DNA of 64,000 nt, from positions 868,001 through 932,000 of the forward strand of contig RSEE01000003.1 in assembly GCA_003971905.1 (NCBI GenBank), given 5' to 3'. The DNA is from Moniliella sp. 'wahieum'. Its lineage: Eukaryota. Both the position numbers and the translations under genes were made by a program. The notes below the pieces were generated by a model. The model was given only the letters and a program-made list of their open reading frames with translations, did not search any database and was not told the origin of the DNA. How positions within the stretch are numbered: position 1 is the first letter of the stretch; each line of letters begins with the position of its first letter. Shown one piece after another: positions 13,401-24,190 of the stretch.

Positions 13401-13975
13401 CACGGCACGGCATCTTGTTTTGCCGCCCAACAAGTTGTCGGGGCCACTTCTGGAAGCACCAGAGGATCAGTGGCGGTCAATGACGAGAGGTTACTTTCGC
13501 TTGCCGAATGGTTCCAAGGGGGTAGAGGTGTACCACCATGACTGGAGGGATTGGAACGGATATAGGTTTCGCTGGCCGAGGCGGGCAGCTTGGTCGAGAA
13601 GGATAACCTGAGAGGCTCGGCTTGAGAGTGAGAGCGATCCCACCTGACAGAGGGCTCAGAGGCCAACGCCGATGAGGAAAGGAGGCAGAAAGAAGAGATT
13701 TGAGATGATGTGGGGGCGGGTTGGGTCACTGTGGTGGAGGTAGGCATAGTCAACAGCGAAGTTGTTTCGGTAGCGTCTTTGAGGGGCGACCGCTTTCGGA
13801 AGAGGGAACGGCGGCCCTTGCGAACTTGGACAGGGGCAGAGTCCGAGGCAAGTGGGGGTTCATCAGTGTGGGCAATGGACTTTTTGCGCCAGAAGCGAGA
13901 GAGGCCAGAAGTGCGGCGGAGGTGCGGTGGAGGGGGGTGAGATGAATCCGGCGACGACGAAGGGTTCAACACCAT
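10428..13975 (-). CDS. DUF1765 (UPF0592)-like fungal protein
   Basis: Long ORF 11981-13975 continues through 11815-12081, 10837-11718 and 10631-11365. Segments such as DHLVALMRTIAFCYTNF, LFTKLFLSWSPTIRSYFVHILIFRF, YATQALREY and terminal PSLAVSWP match my recollection of DUF1765 proteins. Intron near 10590-10638. Confidence 0.7.
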
Positions 13976-16900
13976 GGCGAATAGCGCAGCAACGATGGTG
14001 ACGGTGGTGGTGGTGTGGTCGAAGGGGAAGGCGATGCAGATAAGAGGAGAAGCCGGTAAATCATATGATAGCCAGCTGGCACTCTGCCAACACGGAGGTG
14101 CCGAATATAAGGAGAGACCCCAGATTTGCTTGGCAAATGTGAAGTAGCGCGTTTTTCTTGGACGGTGTGGCAGTGTGGGGAGTGCTGTGTGTCGTGGAGG
14201 CGGCGGGATTGAGTCTGAGATCTGAAACGATCTTTTTCACCATCATCGGGAACGGTGCTCCGAATGTCGATGGGATGATCGGTGGCCGGTGGACTGAGCT
14301 GGGCAGGCTGAGGCGCTCAGCGCTTACGCGCTTACGCTCAGTACTGGTGGACTGAGTGTGCCGTTGAAGTTCAAGATCGCTCAGCATCATATGTCGGCGT
14401 CCCGCACATCCATGGCACCATCACCAGTCCAGATCACCATCACCAGTACAGGTCACCATCACCTTTGTTCCCTCCCCATCAATATTCAATGCATCAAGAA
14501 GATGATCAATGGTCAATGACGCGGGTGACGCGTGGCAGGTGACCTGATGACGTAGCATGGAAGAGTAGTGCGAAACGCGTAACGCGTAACGAGCGTAACG
14601 CATCCGTGTTTGCCTCTGCCCTTCTGCACCTGAGACCGCTTCAGATCTCAAATCTCTGATCCATGCTTCTATGATTCGCTGTATTACCGGGTGCGTGTTT
14701 CGGCTACCACCACACCCAACTTCGACTGGACTGTCCAGCCATGTCCAGCCTCGCATGTCTCATGCACTACCTCATGTGTCACAGCGGGTGGAAGCGCCAC
14801 TTATCCTGACGCCTGAGGCCTGACGCTTCACACTTATGCAGCGCTTTTGAAGACTGTGAGGTACCCGTGCTCTTCGCCCACTCACCTTCTCTCCCGCGTC
14901 TGTCCATCAGAGTTCCATGATGCATGATGCATGCATGATGCATGACATACATGACGTATTGCCAAATCACACACTGCTGGTATCACACTGCCGCATCTGA
15001 GATGTTCGCAGGGCCGCTGTAGTGACTAGTGACGGGTGAACTCACCGTTGAACGGTTAATCACTTAATCACTACTGAGTCACGAGTACCTAGTACCTAGT
15101 AACCTCGGGCCCCTCTAGGCCTCGCTTTTTGGCTCGCCCTAGGCGGTTGATATGTAGTCCCCCCCTTCTCCCCTGCTAAGGTACCTGTATTCCCGACCTA
15201 CTTGTTTGCGTCTTACAATCGATAATCGTGCATACGACACCGCTTCATACACTCGTGCATCATATTGCACAGACGTAATTCGCATGCTGTGGGCGACGAG
15301 GCATCATATGGTGTGGGATGTTGGGTGTTTTACTCTCGCTTCATATCCTCTCTCTTCAAGCTTCAAGCAGGCATCAAACAATTGCCAACATGAATGCTGG
15401 ATGTATGTTTGTAGTGTCGTCATGAATCTGGGGTGTTCACTATAGTCACTATCATCTCGCACCTCAAGCAGTGTGAGGACACATCAGAGGGCACACCTCT
15501 CGGCACACACTCTCAACACGATCATATGTTGGCTGTATAAAGCAACAACCACATGATCGATGGAGGTGTGTGATGCAGGCGTGCAGCCGGTGTGACCAAT
15601 GACTTCATTAATGACCGGTGTCGTTGACCCCGTTAGCCATATATGGTGTTTGTTTGTCTTGCGCCAAAAAGGTCGATCGCAGTTCTGTACCATGATCTCG
15701 ATGACCTTGATGATCAAGCTTCAAGCCTCAATCTTCAAGCCACAACAGAAGTTGATATAGGGCGTAAGGGGGAGAAAGAAGAGGTGACATGTGACAAAGG
15801 ATGAGGGGTATTGCCACGGTCTTGTTCCTGTTATTAGGTAAAATCCGGGTAGAAAAAGAGTTGAGACGTATATATATAAGGGAAGGATTTGGATTCTCCA
15901 TCGAAACCCCAGCCGAAAGGGTCAAAAGCGACACCAACATCTGCCCTCATCCAGACCTAGTACAATGACATGCGCGTTGTACGGGACCTACTGTATACAC
16001 TGCAAGTCAAAACAAAAGTATAGACCAAGCTGTGAGATCGTGCGATTTTGGGGTAGATTATCCCACCGCTTCGTCCTTTGTAGAGAAGGGACGGGGCTGA
16101 CATCAGACCTCTTAATCTACACCCAGTTCAAGTGGAACGTATGGGCGGTCTTCCTCTTCCATGGGTACCAATCTGTGGAGGGGAATGTCGTGTGCGCCTG
16201 CGAATTTACCGAGTCCATGCAGTAGGGTGTTCAGTATTCTTATATAGTAGGTCATGGAGCATCCGCGTGGAAACCGGTAGTATGCCAGGCTCCTACTGTC
16301 CGGTTAAGTTGGGTCCTCTTCGGCGAGGAAGGTGGGAGGGGGGGGGGGGGGGGCACCAGCTTGAACATGCATTGTGGCATTCGAATGCAGTCGTGTCATA
16401 TGTTCAGCAGACAGCCGCTGTCACAGTCGGGGCTAAGGCGAGGGAGACCAGGATCGGACTAGGCCAAGGGGTGTAGCAATCGTTCGTGGGGAAGAAGCAA
16501 GAACAGAGGACATGGTGCGAAGTGGAAGGAACAGGGAAGGAGCGAGACGCTCGAGACGAAGAAATTGGAAATGGGAGCGAGATCAGCCAAACTATGACAG
16601 CCGCCCCAATTATAAGTTTAGAGGCGCTGCCCAGGTCGTATACCCATCCCAGGTCAATCAGCGTTCCAGCCACCCGTTTGTTCTTTCTTCTGTCGTTGTC
16701 GCATCGTCAACCCCCCATCCCCACCCCAATCCCCCGCACCGCATCTCGTACTGCGGCGGGAAAGGGAAGCTGCACCGTGGGAGAGGCATCCGTTAACAAA
16801 TCACCGTCGCAGAAGAACAATCTTGCCAATGAAAGGAAATGAAATGAGAGGGCGGCCTGTTGCACCGACATGTGGACACCGGAAGCCGGGGTCTTGGCCC

Positions 16901-17065
16901 AAGTTGCAATTGGGTCGGCACAGCAGCGCTGTGCCAGCGTGGCTGCGGCAAGCCCATCACGTCCCTCGCCAATTAGGGTTACCCCCTCGCCCCCACCGCT
17001 GACTTGGCCGGCCACTGAGCTGACCAGCGCGAAGGCCTCAACCAGCGTCTGCCTCCTTGCCCAGT

Positions 17066-17174
17066 GTACGTCTTGCCTTCTCCGCCGTGTGGCTGGCCAT
17101 GGGAATGGGATCCAACCAGGCCCGATACTGACAACGGCCACTGCTGCTGCTCCCGGACTGGTGCGACGTTGCAG
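17066..17174 (+). other. Probable 5'-UTR intron ending immediately before the RPS19 start codon
   Basis: GTACGT donor at 17066, ACTGAC branch site at 17127-17132, CAG acceptor at 17172-17174 directly followed by ATG. Confidence 0.6.
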
Positions 17175-17656
17175 ATGCCCAACGTTCGTGACGTGGCTGC
17201 CGACCTGTTCATCCAAGAGTACGCCGAGCACCTGCGTCGGTCGGGCAAGATTGAGTTGCCGACGTGGGTGGACATTGTGAAGACGGGGGCGTACAAGGAG
17301 CTGGCGCCGTACGACGAGACGTGGTTCTACGTCCGTGCGGCCGCGGTCGCGCGTCACATTTACCTGCGCAAGTCGGTGGGCATTGGCGCGTTGCAAAAGT
17401 ACCAGGGCGGTGCGCAAAACCGCGGGTACCGGCCTTCCAAGCACGCCGACGCTTCCGGCTCTGTCCAACGTAAAGTGGTCCAAGCGCTGGAGAGCATTGG
17501 GGTGCTCGAGAAGGATCCCAAGGGCGGACGCCGCATTTCGCAAGATGGTATGCGTGACTTGGACCGGATTGCGGTTGCTTGCTTGGAGAGCAGGCCGAGG
17601 AAGAGTCTGAGGAGGAGTCTGAGGAGGACGAGGACGAGGACGAGGACGAGGAGTAG
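17175..17656 (+). CDS. RPS19: 40S ribosomal protein S19 (eS19)
   Basis: MPNVRDVAAD..LRRSGKIELPTWVDIVKTGAYKELAPYD..WFYVRAAAVARHIYLRK..GGRRISQDGMRDLDRIA. A 1-bp shift near 17590 leads into an acidic tail (EEESEEESEEDEDEDEDEE) ending at TAG 17654-17656. Confidence 0.96.
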
Positions 17657-18149
17657 GCTTCCGCCCTGTTGATGCAGGACCAAAATCAAAATCGCTCGCA
17701 TGGCTCGTCGTGTGCCCGAAAGATACGTAGGCATACTCGATCCTTGTCCGCGCTAAGATTTAGGATGCTTCCGCAAAAACGGTTACAGGCACCGATTTAC
17801 TTGTCACATGACACTGAGCATGATAATAAGACCCTTTCACTCTGTATTGCGGCTACGCGATGGCACAATAGGTTGGCAGTGGGCATTGCAATAGGATGCT
17901 TAGCGCTTATGGGGGCGGAGGGGATATATTGTCGAACCAGCGAAGTACATATGTAGCCGAAGAATGGAACGGATATAGGGTGTCACATGCGTCAGGTGAC
18001 AAGCAGAAGGATCGTAAGCCATGGCCATGGCAGGCAACGGGGTGGGGTCGTAAGATAAGCAATGACGGGAATGAAGAATGAGAGTATGAGGCGTAGCTGG
18101 GAAAGGTCGAGAGGGGATGAAGGGATGTGGAAGAAGACAAAGACAAGGA

Positions 18150-21100
18150 AAGGTGCTTGACCGATGATCCAGTAGAGCCTTGTAGAGGCAATAAGAAAGC
18201 TCGGTCAGTGCAAAGGCACCGAAGAACCGAATGCACATGCTGATCGAAGGTAGTGAAGGGGGGCTCGGTCCCGCCACTGGAATCATCCAATGTGAGGGGC
18301 TGGACACATTAGGGATAGTAGGTACTGTGGAACAGGGCGACAGGGGCGCAAAGGGCGGGGGCGCGGTCCGTCGTGGTTCCAACTTTTGCGAGCGCTGATA
18401 CAGTAGATCACCAGCTTCTTGGCTTTCCTCAAGGTATGTTACGAGCCAGGTTTGGATCTCGGGCACGGCCTGGAGCGCATACAGCTGACCTTGGACCGTC
18501 ACCAAGTCGTCCACGAGCCGGGCTAGACGATCGTAGCGAACCCAATTGATCATATCTGAGTCGTTCACCATCTTTGACGCCTGACAACCCGGATGGCCGC
18601 CGGCTCGGGCCATTGCCCTGCAACGTAAATACAATGTCCCCTGCCGCAATGCCGACAAAGGGCAGAAACGGCGAGCGGGTTCGTAAGGCATCTTGGAATC
18701 GTTGCCGGTACTCGGTAAAGTTGTGGCCAGGGAGCGTCATGGCCTCGTACGCCTTGGCCCAGTCCTTGTATTTGGCCGGCAATGCTTGCCAAGTTTTGTG
18801 CAGCCGACGTACTGCCACCGCCCCGATCCCGCTCTGAAGCGAGAAGAAGGCATGCAGGTTTTGCAGCAGCAGACATTTCTGTAGCGGGGCAAGGTCAATA
18901 TCTTCCGTCGTCTCGCCGAGTATGGGCAGTAGTAGGAACTATAAATGCCAACAAGCGAGTGGAGTACATACGCGGGAGAGTTTGAGAAAATAGATCAGGG
19001 CATCTTTACGCTCCTTGACCGTATCGAGGGCCAAGATGGTGGCCTGGACCCAACTGGCAAGCTGGTTGCTGAGGTCCGAGAGCACCTTGATGGGCGCGGG
19101 CGTGCCTTCGTCCCCCACATCCAACCCCACCGTGTCCGACGAAGGGGTCTTCTTGGGGGCTACATATTTGCCCCAAAATTGCTCGGGTGTGATGGAGGCA
19201 TACACACGACTGACCAACACGGTCAACTGACGTGCCATCTCGCCCGTACTAACCTCTGTCACACTTGCTGTGCCCTCGCGCAACCGAGCCAGGAGCGAGC
19301 GGCTTAGGTTTGGGGTGGGGGCTCCCGAAGTGGACCAGCCAGGGGTATAGAGCGCGTCGGTGGATTGGCTCTGGTCAGGTGGCTCAATGGTTCGGACCAA
19401 GTCGGTTTGGATGCCATCACCCACAAGCCGCATTTGCACTGTTCCCCCTGCCGTTGTTCTGCGGGTGACAAGGGCCAGCACATCGGCTGCTCCTGTCATC
19501 GTAGCGAGCTTGGTCAGCGTGGGCAATAACAAGGCATCGTCCAAGTCTGGACGCCAGTATGCGTCCGACATCCACAACCGAACAAAGCTGATGATGTTGG
19601 TTCGTTGTTGCTCGCCGGCCTGGGTCCAGAGGTCGACAAGCAGTTCAGCCAACTGGCTTGCACGACAAAACAGCGGCAGCGTCAAACAAAACCGTTGCGC
19701 CAGCTTGGTCTTATCGGTCCGCGACCGGAAGCAGTGTGCGCACACCCTTGCAGACTGCCGCCCAGTAGAACGCCTTCGGAGTTGTACGTGACGCCTTCCT
19801 CAGATGGAGGCACTTCCGCCTCATTTTGAGTTGCCTCTGGCTCGTTTGACACTTTGAGTTCGCGTGAGGAAGGCTTGGGCATCTCAGAGGGAAAGCCGGA
19901 ACGTCGTCTCATCCGGTTTAACAGGTTTTCTACACTGGGCCCCCGAGACACAAGGGAAGAGGTGGTGGAGCTGGGCCGGGCATGGCGAATAGAGAGTTTA
20001 TGGCGAAGCGAGTTGATCGGGTCAAGGACAGTGGTGGAAGCCGTTCCACCTCCACTGACACTGAGAGAGGCGCTGGTACCAGAGGGCGATGCGAGAGGGC
20101 TGGAGCTCTGCGCCCGGGCAGAAAGGCGGTGCCGCAGCGGCGGCATGGTGAAACTTTTTGACCGGGGCTAGAGATCAACGACAGGCGCGACAGGCCACGG
20201 TCCCTTTTCATTCGATGATGCAGCCCGCCATCGTCCGACAGGGAGCTGGCCTCCCCGTCCCCCTTGGGCAGCGGTCGACGACGGACAGGTGACGAAACCG
20301 AACGGAGAGACGAGGGCGTATGGCACTTTTCCATCAGAGTCGACACTTGGATCACCACATCTTCCCTGTTGGCCTAGGGAGCCGGACGGGCAGAAGGATG
20401 AGGAGAAGGTGATGGATTGGAGCCAGAGTTGGGTCTGGGTACAGAGGCATCTAATAGGAGGCTGGACTAGGCACAGGGACAGTGAGTCACACAGGAGAGA
20501 GTGCAGGGCACAGGGACAGTGACACGCAGGGACGTCAGCGTGGAAGCCGATGGAACCGAGGCGAACCTGGTCTACCGACTGGGAGCCAGAGGATCACAGT
20601 CAACACCCCCTGGCCAGGGAACCCGGAGACATCGGTTGTGGGATGAGCTCCTGCCAGTGGATGTAGAGAGGGGAGGACTTGAGTGGCAACCGGGACGAAT
20701 GGCCTGGAGTTGTGCATGGCCACACGACTGGCCTACACCCCCGCTGTCCAGGATGACACCTGAACGAGCCGAGCGCTTGTGGTTGGTGTATTGTGCGACC
20801 GCCAGATGCTTGTAGAAGTCTTAGAAGTAAAAGTAGTAGGGGTTGCGCCCCGAAGCGATTTGGTGGGCAAAAGTAAAAAGCACCAGTTATAGGTGTAGTG
20901 AAGAAAATTGGAAACTTGGAGTAAATGCGGTCCAAGGTCGTTTGGCATCAAAATTGGATGCGTTTGGTAGTTGTTTGGTTCCGCATGCCTGGTGCCAGTG
21001 GGGTCCATTGGGCATGGAAATGAACGGGCGCTATGCGTCAACCGTCTTGATCTGTTTGGGTTCTCTTTGTTGTTGAAAAAGAGGAGTGGAAGAAGTTGGG

Positions 21101-22980
21101 TGACCACCCCCCCCCATCCTTTCCCCAGGTGCCCCGGATGAATTGGCAATCCGGGGCGTGTAGCCGTGGGTGGGGCACTTGATGAGCAGCCACCCCCGCT
21201 TTCTGCGATTCGCCTGCGCCGTTTTGTCGTTGGGGAGGAATTCGTCTCGTTGACGATACCCGACACGTTTTGTTCCGTCGTGTGTTGTCCCTAAAAATCA
21301 TTGCCCCATCTGTGGGGGACGAGTGTGCCGATTGTGGCGGTAGTATGCCGATTGTGGCGGTAGTATGCCGATTGTGGCGGTAAGGTGCCGATTGTGGCGG
21401 TGGTGTTGTTGGGCGGGAGGACGGGTGTGTCTTGTGGCTTGGCGGCTTAGCTTGGGCTTGTAGGCTTGGGGTGGCTTGCTTGAAGAGCGCTCCCTTCCGG
21501 GGGGATCAGATTGTAGCTCTGTTGGCCTAGGGAGCCGGACGGGCAGAAGGATGAGGAGAAGGTGATGGATTGGAGCCAGAGTTGGGTCTGGGTACAGAGG
21601 CATCTATATAGGAGGCTGGACTAGGCACAGGGACAGTGAGTCACACAGGAGAGAGTGCAGGGCACAGGGACAGTGACACGCAGGGACGTCAGCGTGGAAG
21701 CCGATGGAACCGAGGCGAACCTGGTCTACCGACTGGGAGCCAGAGGATCACAGTCAACATTCCCCAAGACGAGAAGGTCGGATGCTGCCGAGATAGCAGG
21801 TGCGGCCATGAGGGCGACACTGGGCGCTTTCACGTCGGAATCTTCAGAATCAGCCAAGGTCAGCTGGCGCACTGCGCTCAATAGCTTGGAGGAGGCTTGT
21901 AGAAAATCGGACCGAGTCAAACGGAGTGTGGTGAGTGCGCGGCTGTTGGCACGGCGAAGATAGGGATCGATACAGAGCTGGTCCAAGTCACGAATGATCA
22001 CGTTGATCGCATCGTACACGGCCAAGGTGGCCTCGACCACCGATTCGGACGAAGGGGAGGCAGCTTGTTCTGAGAGAGGTAGCTCGGACGAATCCGAACG
22101 GGAGTGCATAAGGGCCTGGACATGGGCGTGGATGGCACGATGAAAGTTGGGACAGGCAACCAGCAAATTCGTTTGTGCCTCCTTGATCCCCTGCACTCGC
22201 ATACTTGCTTCCTCCAGCCAAGTGTACGCGATGTTTCGTCAAACGCAAAGGAAACGGTATTAGCGCTTCTGGATCCATTGGAGGCAGGGGATTCCACGTC
22301 AGAAGGGGAGGAAAGCATTGGCTTGTCTCCCTCAACAGGCGTCACGTCCAGCATGTCCCCGATGGCAGAGATGATGTGGTAGGCACAGCTGATCAACTTG
22401 TTCTCCGATTCGGCTGGAGGAGCAAGTGGGGCGGTTGTCTCACCCAAGTCGGTAGCGAGGTCAAGCAGGCACTGGACGAAGGAAAGGAGCGTTTTGCGTC
22501 GGGCGGCGACGGTGGGGTTACTACACCACTGTCGTCGGCATGGAGGCAGTTGATGGAGGTGAGGGTGGCACGTACACCGGCACGGAGTAGGCGAGCATCG
22601 GCAAGGTAGAGGGAACGTTGCTGCGCACGGACGTGGGAGATGAGAAGGGTGGCGGCGGTTGTGATGTAGCTTGGAATGCGTATGTGGGCAGGCCGGGGAT
22701 GAGGGGAAGACGAAGGGCCAGGTGGGAGAGCATCTGGTCAAAAGAGGCTACGTGGTTGCTGGGAAACCACCCGCGCTGGCCATCCATCTCGCGTCCCACC
22801 AGCCACTGGGGTGGCGGTTGTACACGAGGATCTGGGCGCCAGCGACGATGGGCAGACAGTTGGCCTGCGTCGGGGAGGGGTGGTAGTCGTACAAAGCATA
22901 GACGAGGTCGGGTGCGCCGTCGCCCGGGCCGGGGCCGGGGGCTGGCCCAGGGTCAGGGGATCTGGGGGGCTGGACATGAT
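18150..22980 (-). CDS. CDC25: CDC25-like Ras guanine-nucleotide exchange factor (SH3 + REM + RasGEF), interrupted by an LTR element
   Basis: SH3: VYALYDYHP..SGWWD / QRGWFPSNHV (~22745-22905). REM: GVLLGGSL..FCLTLPLFC..SFVRLW (~19570-19790). Catalytic domain: EMARQLT..SNQLASWVQATIL, AVRRLHKTW, HNFTEYR, PFLPFVGI..DIVFTLQGN, INWVRY, LYQRSQKLEPR. Intron ~18879-18971. 3' end approximate. Confidence 0.85.
20367..21759 (-). mobile_element. Non-autonomous miniature LTR retrotransposon (TRIM-like), copy 1
   Basis: Direct repeats 20367-20605 and 21520-21759 differ by one indel that I could see, each with TGTTG..CAACA ends. TSD TTCCC at 20362-20366 and 21760-21764. G-rich PPT-like tract (GGCCAGGGGG on minus) next to the 20367-20605 LTR sets the orientation. 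~914-bp internal region has no recognisable RT/integrase. Confidence 0.93.
21322..21401 (-). repeat. 4 x 20-bp tandem repeat (ACCGCCACAATCGGCATACT-like) inside LTR element copy 1
   Basis: Read directly: four units of GCCGATTGTGGCGGTAGTAT with variation confined to a few bases. Confidence 0.92.
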
Positions 22981-24160
22981 GGCGGGGAAGAGGATGACGA
23001 GCGGCTGGAAGATGGGAGCAAGCGAGGGGACACGGCAGGCAGGGGCCAGACTGGAAGAGGAGCGGTATGAAGCTTGAAGACGCCGGGGGCGGGACCTGGT
23101 GGGACCCGGTTGGGCGCACAGGGCAGGCGAAGTGTCCGTAGGGTGCGTGCATTATGCATCAAATTGCAGCCGGCCCACCGTGACAGATGCAACCCCCGCC
23201 GTCCGTGGCGAAGGGCAAGACAGATGCGAAGACGGGCAATATGCTTTGTGCTGTTCTAAGGGCGATCGCAGAGGGGGCTGGTGCCCCGACGGCAACAATG
23301 CACATCTCAGCCCGATGATCGGTGATTGATCGATCAGATCGTCAGAACCGATCAGGCCCAGGGCCTCGCCGTGCTGCGCTCCGTACTCAGTCGGAGCGCT
23401 GCTCAGTCATTCGGTCTAGTAACGCTAGTAACTAGTGACTCAGTAGGCAGTCGGAGTACTGCTTCGTATCGCCAGTTAGTGCCCAGCGCCCAGGACGCAG
23501 TCTCTCAGTACTGAGACACCGTCCCCAGCGGAGTGTGGATTCGATGAATATGAGTACGAAATTTGAAGACGCGTTGCGGCTGCGACACGGCACAGCGCCT
23601 CCATGCCGCATTGTTCCCCCCAGGCACCCAAGACCCCAGCCAGGGCTGCTGCGTGGGCGACGTGCGGGCCATGGCGCTTTTCTTTTGATGACTTTCGATG
23701 GTCGCTGCCGGTGACTGGCCCGGCCTCTTTGGTCGCCTGCTTTGGAGCATGGTCCGGACATTGGCCGGTGCCGGGGACGGTCATGGGATGGGCCAGACGG
23801 CAGGCTTGCCTAGTAGCTACTAGCTCCGACTAGTTCCGCAGGAAAGCTACTGCCTGCTACTGCACGTCACATGTCACATCGCAGCGGAGCGCGAGCTAGG
23901 AGTGGGCAGCAGCTAAAAATGCGCTCACACCACCCACCCAAGACGCACAAAAGCTTGCCGCCATTGGTGTATGGCAGGCCTGCGTTAGAAGCAGATGTCT
24001 GATGTCTGATGCATGACATGAAGCAAGTGCGTACTTAGTTCTTGCTTACTAGGTACAGGGTACGTACACTGAGCGCGAGCCGAGCATTGAATATGACATG
24101 CTAGTACCGCGTTGCGGCCTGTTGCGGCCCGTTGTGCGTGTTGCGGCGGCTGGGGCTGCT

Positions 24161-24190
24161 GTGGCAGCCTGTGGCAGCCTGTGGCAGCCT
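24161..24190. repeat. 3 x 10-bp tandem repeat GTGGCAGCCT
   Basis: Three perfect units plus a degenerate fourth. Confidence 0.85.

Noticed and set aside
16707..17543. 278-aa minus-strand ORF
   Set aside because: Antisense shadow of RPS19 in GC-rich, codon-biased sequence; no independent protein features.
21322..21401. 20-bp repeat array as a CRISPR array
   Set aside because: Units are directly adjacent with no unique spacers, there are no cas genes, the context is eukaryotic, and it lies inside an LTR element.
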